This document shows positions 12,001 to 17,345 of a DNA stretch of 51,917 bases, one piece after another (within the stretch, counting starts at the first letter, position 1; each line of letters starts with the position of its first letter). The notes under the pieces were generated by a model. That model worked only from the letters and a program-made list of their open reading frames with translations, ran no database searches and had not been told where the DNA came from. The position numbers were made by a program, and so were the translations under genes. Source of the stretch: a virus (Duplodnaviria; Heunggongvirae; Uroviricota; Caudoviricetes); IMG/VR virus record IMGVR_UViG_3300044950_000141, positions 65,670 through 117,586 of that record; one strand, written 5' to 3'.

Positions 12001-12215
12001 AAGACCATGTTGAAAATAATGACATAGATGTATATTGGAAGAATGGTAAAAACTTATTAACAGATGATAAAGTTGATATTGAAACTAGAGCTACAATTGC
12101 AGCATTTGAAAAATTAGGTGGCATTCCTAGTGTAATAGATATAGAATTTGAAGATGTTAATACAGATGATACAGAAGGATCTGATAACCCTACCCCTTGT
12201 GGAACAAAACAATAA
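3..12215 (+). CDS. Giant virion-packaged RNA polymerase / DNA-ejection polyprotein (crAss-like, phi14:2 gp66-type); 5' end lies outside the window
   Basis: The frame is open from base 3 (APKGFGKSFG...) into the ATG at 90, so the gene is truncated by the window edge. It has GFRVPAQ followed by the catalytic GSDFDIDK (DFDID at 9012-9026), zincin YHEIFH (4968-4982), a C-terminal LHEKDH (11994-12008) and N-terminal Gly/Ala-rich hydrophobic segments. Confidence 0.85.
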   Translation, partial: APKGFGKSFGSISAAEIYANRRYPIYDRNMPDLEDVYAENQPWYKILGNGIAKMGLIGAGTFAQSLTNFPNVVDAARSKDLSELSGDPDGYEGSIDNWIKNINEDLPNYASKYVRENPFLSAIPFMKGNAYWWGEKFIPNLGFMLGAVGGAAVQDIAIGAVTEGIGEIPLLANQIGKASLYLNKLFSAETAVGRGLGATQLSKLGRLEQLGERLGKTEAQMFKVTELAQLAAAAKLGKGFRTTTAILGSAMTEAGVESRNGYSMVKDELTNQYKLTHAGEEPTGDDLQQIENLSTNAMNTRFGINMALLTVSNSLQFNNLFKTMVGVPGSRAISGSLTQELEGLGKVGLKEGSLDVFEKKVATSVLGKVWESVRPTGANVFREGVFEEGGQFAAERGTYDYYTRKYKSDKYKEQWNGVNELINSTVYGLNEQFTSTEGLENMLIGGLTGLVVGGVQSGIDAKRGLSKDARLATATNVLNQVGITSTLQNNYDNTVTSAGIAKDMEEAAASGDVFKYKNLQADEFFNFVTSRLPSGMHDVTVEQLNMLKNLSKEQFESMFQLDFNSTNRATVSEYVDGMIAKSNDIKDTYETVNTTFKNPFKINYNADNIDSIVEANNYITFEKYKKDLTYFAAMPTLADSRIQSIQESVNKINPNITTDLLSQLTNNQGLAELAKFYEEKATSLKKTITDYTTPVDKKKINDQIKALRTRSELIAQSLNTGKVDDKTFDSLLNFELNGQDATLGKSVASLHAQELMDYSVDINALEKRKKDASKAYDEMSTKEGFEKYFKEAEEMASDKDAVVNEEEKKEETAPTPETPKEPVKFRFNNANKQAENLEVDREYEMGKVYKTKINKLDDDRWQVVSPDGTYEILPSKEKAQERSDELTDEFNNLQKIKVLALNPDGSIKIEDVNGDIYNIDPRKLSGFSRVQTDQEKLQKIANQLGAAQTRIEIKSGAVSTDDPSKEQQVKEPKKKRVDVFFISTVDSMDDGVAPSKTYQIRTRQFLNNVKNFPNRDNIKVMLVTPKQYKGLGLTTLDNVAYGQETFTPEEQAKLTDVDNGLVTAVYVEQDGSTLYYVDKDGKRLSKVDGTQADVNSLVFANMPTASLYYNYKDAKGNPEPRFKKGEEAEAEAYMEAWKKARADVFASDPNNPQLYSFSISRGMAVETPVDGKPATNHVGDNLIPEKKIKNQANVIVVSTTGTISHNGENYNIPKGRPMLQYGDTLQWLNNRKFTQDEAKSIFEALRLMSEDIQKKAKDGKAVEFNPLYSNFLQNILFWKKGAETKNNQMYIDDRTMDLYLGGKKYNFANLAISEKEIVSQLQNTFNTVNNDSVKKNDEEFTELYFEDGYLKDRQWPNYQSYLLSSKLPNGKGRSIKDTPLSTSVTKPSDQVPYNYRQKYVTLGGLELAVQKVTKPIAPVAKGGATEIGGYKMDGTTTHTRELKALGNVTFTARLNSNGVPAVTVDTIENLESIVADPAKTAPYFDFLKKENLFDATRSEQELMYDFASIAIANQLNKMKNAEPAPAAPVAPAPEAEVAPTVQENVEKLEQLEDTVDDAEEKALEDEINKQIAEKVNALGKTKAPKKRYREIAGLDVPRMTDAELQLFKEWHAKNAAGIPFEVLQRVMTTNDGRQWGAFENGVAKFYKSAARGTEYHEIFHGIFDGFLSAEERQLIFDEFKSKSGKFKDRATGSMIYYEEATDQQAEERIADDFADFRLGKLPAKSIGERILRFFRSIIQFVREFVNKPSKKDELFKAIDAGKFKDTKLNPAVYNQLTQWSVIPGLDEPTTHESVQDVAARFFFEVFSKNMDLYNPKLLTSPEIFDTIKEEFAEEGKLDVLGEEGWSQLVKKSREFLRTFKIQFDENNVVVFNNDDNTNRDYAPEPFSVDWKKQSSFPIKITVGSLVLTVPTNQENALRLQMPDEVISANAKGFMLLNFSRAFATILNKVSNTSAVGKVVDKLLTLAKQDSNYVRLWSKLGGTIDKLDSENKETAMDYSKFKAHDWRLFINFYQTFTKQHPNARIQYVSDDEVYTGSAELSDAIDDVTEGWIEGIKALSKDSKSLIVLDKPNKVYKVGDLSDIKIKTPEQMVEFLGKIGVIFPIDVYNKLTTREKNVFGRSVGGLLTSLRSKSDILSSITSKLLDIKGPLNAMGEMLVRVTNPNFDPTHTNVEGEKTNGYSENNNPSVFENEWREAGTLENIKEARPELNDPFSTNSLVLKKDGLYIDEDGKIKKDLKISYIQGTKDIDTDDGTSTSKLTLGNRYTQEINENVNGRFYILLPAESSTEWEMDLGVNVPFKQFGTKVGWDNTYKIFQGYLKDDIALAKDADVRKKLKNIGDRAYDLRFFKDILSEDMLAKINTELVMKSASDVEVAAFIAENEEEINGSIKGYFDEYINTTIATLKEYKQVVLTANKKAWMYPMLNSVFAKNSGINRYGLTDEKLRNLIEYVNINYVISNIEFHKILFGDPYQFALKDGESEETKRIKSFLSPRRTTFDSPEYNEFLNNEFNKAGEIELTPDDLGYHEHKSHTNTVTIKEIYVEGRLMGRTKEADAQSWIMDTTNRELKLKNAQWTDEAETFHQWQMAYTRNRMAAKGKYTYTNDILKKQDAALIETPRPKYGLEVLKPIVTGNKLGKTYFDLVLDKFSQMPLYYQAIEGTTLEGLYIKMWEENIGYAILESGRKMGTTEAFDLYKGGKLNPEPFNNLVQVPWKAYGIQVETNYDVIKAQTRGSQPTKLVTVDLFDNGVPVSQKAKEATDRNNNILDLMHENAYNVLLERLGIEDLGTEFILANKQAVSNTLVYEMLRRELDENAKDTVQLDSKGEFPIPFEASPSYKQIKDILYSVVQKTMVSPKVNGGPKVQVSVTGWENLEKGRRLAIKTEDGYKEISREDYDKLSDEEKKKVVLTDDTLKFYTKDDPYMEIMLPHWFGDTLRKTTKYTTDEEIINYLNITEEGKSILRGIGFRVPAQELSSLVTFRVKKFLPQFMGESVVVPSEITTLAGSDFDIDKLNTYLKSIYIDVNGNIRLVKWLGSEEATKDFFRGVYKDTIQRDIDKIEEFEEFRSKLVDVLSKLERIEGAASPESLESALTPSELDFFYDRLSIFKAITDQAAQKDLTAVDYMNKQIEDLSINKEKLTKDILSNSLREDYVKDMYKRSLENEYYDSMEELLTLPENFERLISPVNDAGLEKLADKIDKLVNPKGDQVKNKILNRNFMTKLRHYFVTAKRWIGIAATNITSHSLFQKGQIYLNPERFFMLPQQDRKFIGDGSIILPHNKVKIGDKEYASLSGTKTADGKKQYISSRLSGYGTAFVDVANKPYIVKLVTSDLSVGTFMFLERIGAGEYTGIFMSQPIIREYLKQLDSQNKKGLFSKFDIDSIKSNFVTTNKAIETARIDISNLEANIADYYAGNELGIERNAEQHAILNEFLKYAKLAEYNFDLTQAINYDTTRYRSGDTLFKKQVRTDITIARSPFSGIAELLDPENPKIFIAKQRHYLDLSMEGMGVILKLEQDQFRINVIDPLLKPYARNKYVGADDFERIANKLKASFLDYIIQTKTGFNSEINKLFVNPKTSVSAQLEEAKKISSNPILNDFKVISSPRPDGVMSVKLTVNIKGSAYDKNLYIGYMRQLRDTPSTNALYKDLVKMALLQGTYENGVSIASIIPIEDSSKYVAPIMAPLVYDESLDAFADGGFQRNNWKDNKVFKKFEPKFWLADEAPVDVQVNDFGDIIGDIYQYQSSDYFPSIDKFGLSTDRRILALSEEYDSFYLSNDYLLVPRVVQIKGGERVDMKTGLSITNYSYIERKNQGDMSLKNVYGYKKVYYDDGTPVTYQTTTYKGEVINKHVYKLINLRGDGRLVSEHYTDTRKSVLNNGTEKIENEISDDEIRIYFNELGEQNFVSSQSTEPYIQIPEYVTDEKLKNADGTKRFAQASKLGTITINPPKSVDEFFNYFEGKEGGPTSEQKAKVLNKLAEKGYNLDVIKTILNSVDKIINFLVLHEKDHVENNDIDVYWKNGKNLLTDDKVDIETRATIAAFEKLGGIPSVIDIEFEDVNTDDTEGSDNPTPCGTKQ

Positions 12216-12218
12216 AGC

Positions 12219-15200
12219 ATGATTTGTAAAGTAAGATACATAGAGAATCAATACAGAAAGAACTATCCTCAATTAGCTGATAGACTTACAACCATCTATA
12301 ACGATGCTTGGAAGGAAATCACTAGCTCTAAGCTATTTAGAAAGTATGGGGATGGTGATGACGCTACCTATTTATTCTCTTCTTCTGGTACAGCACAAAA
12401 TCAAAAGCAAAGAAATCTTATTGATGCTATCAATAAGAAGTATGGTGGAAACATAGTAAAGCTTAAGACCACATCTTCAGGAATGAACTCAAAGGTAACT
12501 ATTGATGTTCACCCTATTGCTGAAAAAGAATTTAATAAACTAAACCCACAGCAAGTATTGTTCTCTAAGAAAGGACAATTAGAAAGCTCTAAAGCTTCTC
12601 CTAAAACATTAGCAGTCATTAAAGACTTCTTAAATAGAATAGGAGTAGACATGCAGACTGTAGATAAGATTGTTGTAGATGGTGTGAGACAAGATGCTAA
12701 TGGTGCTGCATTGGTAATGCAAAAACTATTACAGGTTGTAGAAGGTAAAGATGACATTGCTCTTCCTGAGGAAGCTATGCACTTTGCTGTAGAGATTTTA
12801 GAACAGAAAGATCCTGCATTGTTTAATCAATTATTAAAAGAGATTGGTAGCTATAGAATGTTACAACAAGTAATAGATCAATATGGCTCTGATCCAAATT
12901 ATCAAACTGCTGATGGCAAACCTAACATCAGAAAGTTAAAGAAAGAAGCTATTGGTAAAGTCTTGGCTGAGGTCGTTATTGGTAAAGCTGAAGGTGTTGT
13001 TGAGAAGCCAGAGCTTATGGCTAAAGCAGAAACTTGGTGGCAAAAGATTATTAACCTCTTTAAAAACTTATTTGTAGAAAGTGGATTTGACACAGCTGCA
13101 ATAAAGGTTCTTACAGGAGAAGCTATTGGTACAGCTGAAGATATTAGAGCTGAAGAAGGAGAGTTCTTTTTACAGACTCCTGGTAACTCACAAGCTGCTG
13201 TATATCAAGGAATTAAAAACTTACAGAATCAAGTTACTACTAAAGATGAAGTACAATCTGATGGAACAATAAAAACTTTCTATTATATTAATGGAAAGAA
13301 AGTTCCTAGAAGGGTAAGTGATCTTGTACAAGATTGGTACACTAGAAGATTTAAAGCTAATGATTTAACTAAAAGTGAATATGCTAAGTCATTAGATGAT
13401 TTTAGAATGGAGAAAGGTACAAAAGGACATTCTGATATTCAATATGCATTCAGCAGATTTGTAGATGAGAATGGATACTTACGTCCTAAAATGTTAGATG
13501 ATTCTGATTACACGTCTCAACTTGATCCATACAACAGAGACTACTATGAAATCCTTAGAGATAACTTGGAGGCAAGATTAAATTCTTTCCCTCCAAATAC
13601 AAGATTCATGGCTGAGGTTACAATATATGATGAGAAAAGAGGAATTGCAGGCACAGTGGATTTCTTAGCTATTGAAGAATCAGGTAAGGTAAATATCTTA
13701 GATTGGAAGTTTATGGATATTAATCTTGAAAAATCTAAAGGAGATATTCCTTGGTACAAGGTTAATTCTTGGAACCTACAAATGGACCAATACAAATCTA
13801 TTATTAAAACAATGTTCAGTTTAAAGGATAAAGACTTTAAACAAACAAGAATGATTCCTATCAGAGCAGTATATGAAGGAGGTAGTGCTAAAGAGAATGT
13901 ACTTCCTATATTAACTTCAGTGGAGATTGGAGATGTTAATATACAGAATATACAAGAAAACTATTTAATTCCTGTAGGTCTTGAAAAAGAAGAAACAGGT
14001 AATAAAAAGATTGACAAGTTATTAGAAAAGCTTAACGCTGTATACAAACAGATATCTAATATTAAAGCTCTTCCTTCTCAGAAACTATCTAAAGCTGAAC
14101 AGTTAAACGCATTGTTCTCTGCTATTAGGCAATTACAGATGAAGCAGAACATTGTACCATTGATATATCAAGCTAAGGTATTGAACAAACAGATTCAAAC
14201 TACCATTGATACATATAATAGTAAATGGAAAGGTACAGATCCTAAGTCTTTCTCTATGGAAGAAATAGATGAATTCACTGATTCAATTATAGGAGCACAA
14301 GAAGCTATTCAAACTTATGCTACATTAGATACAGATCTTAAATTCTTATTCCAAGGAGAGTTATCTGAAGAAGATAAGAAATTAAGAGAAGACTTAAGAG
14401 ATGCTGCTGATAATGCTAGGGATCTAAACACAGAACTACTAGAAGTAATGGATGAGTTTGCTGATAAAATTGTTGCTAATAGACAAGGTATATCTGATAT
14501 ACTTAAACCTGAGAAGATTGTTAGAGGGTTTGCCAAGTGGTTTTCTTCTACATCAATAACACAGGTTAAGGCTATACAGGTTTTATATAGAATGGCAAAT
14601 AAAGCATTTGGTATAGGTGCTCAACAAACACTTGATGAAACTAAAAAGTTACAAACTCTTCAAACTGCATATGAAGAATGGGCTAAGTCTAAAGGACTTG
14701 TTCCTAAGAACTACTTTGATATCTTGATGAAGAAAGGAGAGAATAAATTAATTGATCAATATGATCCTCAGTTTTATAAAGAACTTACTAAAAATGTAGG
14801 TGAGAAAAACTTTGATTGGATTAAAGACAATATTGATATTTCTGAATATAATAAGTTCTTAAAAGAAAGACTTGAGAAAGAAACTGAATACATTAATGAA
14901 AAGGCTAGAGTAGAAGAAGGAGAAGCAAGAGAAAAAGCTATTCAGCAAGAGATTACTAAAGCTGAAAGAATGTATGACACTTCTACAACTGAAGGTCTTG
15001 GATGGTTACAATATGAGCTTATTAGGAAATTTCCTAAAGAGAAATGGGAATCTGTTGAATGGAAAGAACTTAAGAACGTTAAACCAGCTAAAGATTTCTA
15101 TGACTACATTATAGAAAGAAATAACTACTACCAATCTATAGGATATATCCACGCAAAAGAAGCAAGGGTGTTCCTTCCTTGGGTTAGAAAAGGAATGATG

Positions 15201-17180
15201 GAGAAGTTAATCTTTGGTGGTAAGATGGCTATAGGTGAACAGTTCTTAAGAAACATATCTGTAGATGAAGGTGATTTAGGATATGGTGAGACTGATCCCC
15301 TAACTGGTAGACCAGTGAACAGAGTTCCAATCTATTTAACTAGGGAACTAGAAAAAGATTATAGTACAGACTTGTTTAGAAACATGGCTCTTTATAATGA
15401 GATGGCTATTAAGTTTAAACAAATGTCTGATATAGAAGCACAAGCTAGATTACTTATTAGTGTAGAAAGAAATAAGAAAGCTATTGCTACATCTAGATAT
15501 GGTAAGACTATAACAAATGAAAAAGGTGAGTTAGAATATACACCAGACAACACTGAGAATACTCAGCTATTAGAAGATATGGTGAAGGGTATTGTGTATG
15601 GACAGAAGTATATAGAAAGCGAAACCTTTGATCAGTTATTAGGTAAGATGGGTAACTTTGGTGAATCGCTTAATAATGGCCTTGCTAAGTTAGGTGTTAA
15701 TAGTAGAATATTTCCAGAGAATATAGCTAGTAGACAGTTCAGCGTAAACAAAGTAATTAATCAAATTAATAATACATATCAAATCAATGCATTAGGATTC
15801 AACGTTCTATCAGCTCTTTCTAACTTATTTGGTGGTACAGCTCAGTCTATTATCAATGCTGGTACATACTTTACACATGAAGAGTTTGCAGCCACTGAGT
15901 ATTGGATGACGTTAGGTAAGATGACTGGTAATGATAAGGATAAAAGAATTGCAGCATTAGAATACTTTCTTCCTTTAACAGATAATTATAATAAAGAAAT
16001 TGCTAAGACATTATCTATTAGTAAGTTAAGTCAGGAGAATGTCCAAGAGTTTTTAATGATCTTAATGAGAAAGTCAGACTTGTATGTACAGTCAGCTAAC
16101 TTCTTTAGCTTCTTAAGTAATACTATTATAGTAGATGGTGAGGTGGTAAATGCTAGAGAGTATTTAAGAAAGCAACCAGACTATCAAAAGAAATATCAAG
16201 GAACAGCTGAAGAACAAAAAGCTTTCAAACAGAAGTTTAACGATGATGTTAAAAAGCTAATTGAAGATAAAGGAATCATGAAGATAGCTACTATTAAAGA
16301 TGGTAGATTAGAAATTCCTGGTGTAGAAAGATCTTCTGATAGCGTATTAGAACTAAGAAGAAAAGTGCAGTCTTTAAGTAAAGCTGCATTAGGTAACTTA
16401 TCTGAAGATGATATTAGAAAGATCAACCTAAATATATATGGTAAGTCTTTTATGTTATTTAAGAACTGGATTCCTAGACTTGTAGATGTAAGATATGGTA
16501 ACTTGAAATTCAACGCTGGATCTGATGCCTATGAGTGGGGAAGAATGAGAAATGTATTTAGAATTATGTCTGAAGATGTAAGAGGTTCATTATCAAATCT
16601 ATACAACACACTACAAGGTAATGAGAAAGGTGTAGACTTTATGAGAAAGCTTTATGAAAAGAAGAAGGCTGACTATGAATCAGATACAGGTAAAGAACTA
16701 GAAATGGATGAAGTGGCATTCATGGATTTAAATGTAAAGAACGTTAAGGCTCAGTTACTTGATACCATCTTCTTATTAACATTAGTTTCTTTATATGCTG
16801 GAGTTAAAGCATACGCTCCAGATGATGATGAGCTTAGCAAAAACCAACACAGATTCTTTGTCAAAGCAACAGATAAACTTAAGGATGAGCTTTTATATTT
16901 CTATAATCCTACAAGCATACTTAATCTAGTTTCACAAGGTTTCTTCCCAGCAAAAGGTCTTATTGAAAACTATGCAAAGTTCTTTAACAATTTCATGTTA
17001 GAAAACTACTACATAGTTACAGGAGATGAAAAAGCTGCAGATAAAAACTTTGTAATCAAGTATGGTATGAAAGCTGTTCCTGGTTTGAATCAGTTTGCAT
17101 CTTGGCTACCAATGTTCTATCCTCAAGCAGCTAAAGACTTAGGAATTAGGGCCCAAGCTCAGTATGGATTTGTTAGGTAG
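12219..17180 (+). CDS. Large virion cargo/ejection protein with a PD-(D/E)XK nuclease-like domain
   Basis: 1653 aa, 3 nt after the RNAP stop. Motif GIAGTVDFLAIEESGKVNILDWK at ~13641-13709, degenerate zincin-like LPEEAMH, long helical C-terminal half. Confidence 0.7.
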   Translation: MICKVRYIENQYRKNYPQLADRLTTIYNDAWKEITSSKLFRKYGDGDDATYLFSSSGTAQNQKQRNLIDAINKKYGGNIVKLKTTSSGMNSKVTIDVHPIAEKEFNKLNPQQVLFSKKGQLESSKASPKTLAVIKDFLNRIGVDMQTVDKIVVDGVRQDANGAALVMQKLLQVVEGKDDIALPEEAMHFAVEILEQKDPALFNQLLKEIGSYRMLQQVIDQYGSDPNYQTADGKPNIRKLKKEAIGKVLAEVVIGKAEGVVEKPELMAKAETWWQKIINLFKNLFVESGFDTAAIKVLTGEAIGTAEDIRAEEGEFFLQTPGNSQAAVYQGIKNLQNQVTTKDEVQSDGTIKTFYYINGKKVPRRVSDLVQDWYTRRFKANDLTKSEYAKSLDDFRMEKGTKGHSDIQYAFSRFVDENGYLRPKMLDDSDYTSQLDPYNRDYYEILRDNLEARLNSFPPNTRFMAEVTIYDEKRGIAGTVDFLAIEESGKVNILDWKFMDINLEKSKGDIPWYKVNSWNLQMDQYKSIIKTMFSLKDKDFKQTRMIPIRAVYEGGSAKENVLPILTSVEIGDVNIQNIQENYLIPVGLEKEETGNKKIDKLLEKLNAVYKQISNIKALPSQKLSKAEQLNALFSAIRQLQMKQNIVPLIYQAKVLNKQIQTTIDTYNSKWKGTDPKSFSMEEIDEFTDSIIGAQEAIQTYATLDTDLKFLFQGELSEEDKKLREDLRDAADNARDLNTELLEVMDEFADKIVANRQGISDILKPEKIVRGFAKWFSSTSITQVKAIQVLYRMANKAFGIGAQQTLDETKKLQTLQTAYEEWAKSKGLVPKNYFDILMKKGENKLIDQYDPQFYKELTKNVGEKNFDWIKDNIDISEYNKFLKERLEKETEYINEKARVEEGEAREKAIQQEITKAERMYDTSTTEGLGWLQYELIRKFPKEKWESVEWKELKNVKPAKDFYDYIIERNNYYQSIGYIHAKEARVFLPWVRKGMMEKLIFGGKMAIGEQFLRNISVDEGDLGYGETDPLTGRPVNRVPIYLTRELEKDYSTDLFRNMALYNEMAIKFKQMSDIEAQARLLISVERNKKAIATSRYGKTITNEKGELEYTPDNTENTQLLEDMVKGIVYGQKYIESETFDQLLGKMGNFGESLNNGLAKLGVNSRIFPENIASRQFSVNKVINQINNTYQINALGFNVLSALSNLFGGTAQSIINAGTYFTHEEFAATEYWMTLGKMTGNDKDKRIAALEYFLPLTDNYNKEIAKTLSISKLSQENVQEFLMILMRKSDLYVQSANFFSFLSNTIIVDGEVVNAREYLRKQPDYQKKYQGTAEEQKAFKQKFNDDVKKLIEDKGIMKIATIKDGRLEIPGVERSSDSVLELRRKVQSLSKAALGNLSEDDIRKINLNIYGKSFMLFKNWIPRLVDVRYGNLKFNAGSDAYEWGRMRNVFRIMSEDVRGSLSNLYNTLQGNEKGVDFMRKLYEKKKADYESDTGKELEMDEVAFMDLNVKNVKAQLLDTIFLLTLVSLYAGVKAYAPDDDELSKNQHRFFVKATDKLKDELLYFYNPTSILNLVSQGFFPAKGLIENYAKFFNNFMLENYYIVTGDEKAADKNFVIKYGMKAVPGLNQFASWLPMFYPQAAKDLGIRAQAQYGFVR

Positions 17181-17210
17181 TTATTGCTATATTATGTAGC
17201 AATAATTTTC
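17181..17210 (+). terminator. Candidate intrinsic terminator after the cargo gene
   Basis: Perfect 9-bp inverted repeat TTATTGCTA / TAGCAATAA followed by TTTTCC, directly after the TAG stop. The stem is AT-rich. Confidence 0.5.
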
Positions 17211-17218
17211 CTAATTCA

Positions 17219-17247
17219 TTGAAAATAAATTAAATTCACTACTTTTG
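17219..17247 (+). promoter_or_regulatory. Bacteroidota sigma-A type promoter for the fibre gene
   Basis: TTG (17219-21) N18 TACTTTTG (17240-47) matches TTG..TAnnTTTG. Confidence 0.65.
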
Positions 17248-17345
17248 CTAATAAGGGTGCATATGCTATAACTAGTTATGCACCTTATTGTATATCATAC
17301 ATATATGTATAGCAAAAAGTTGTTATAACATCACAATATCAAAAC

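Noticed and set aside
1472-16513. Many 60-160 aa antisense ORFs inside the RNAP and cargo genes
   Set aside because: They are Ser/Leu/Phe-rich mirror translations of a strongly biased coding strand, with no motifs.
17241-17320. Invertible (phase-variable) promoter suggested by the flanking inverted repeat
   Set aside because: The repeat overlaps the -7 box rather than flanking a whole promoter, and no recombinase gene is in the window.
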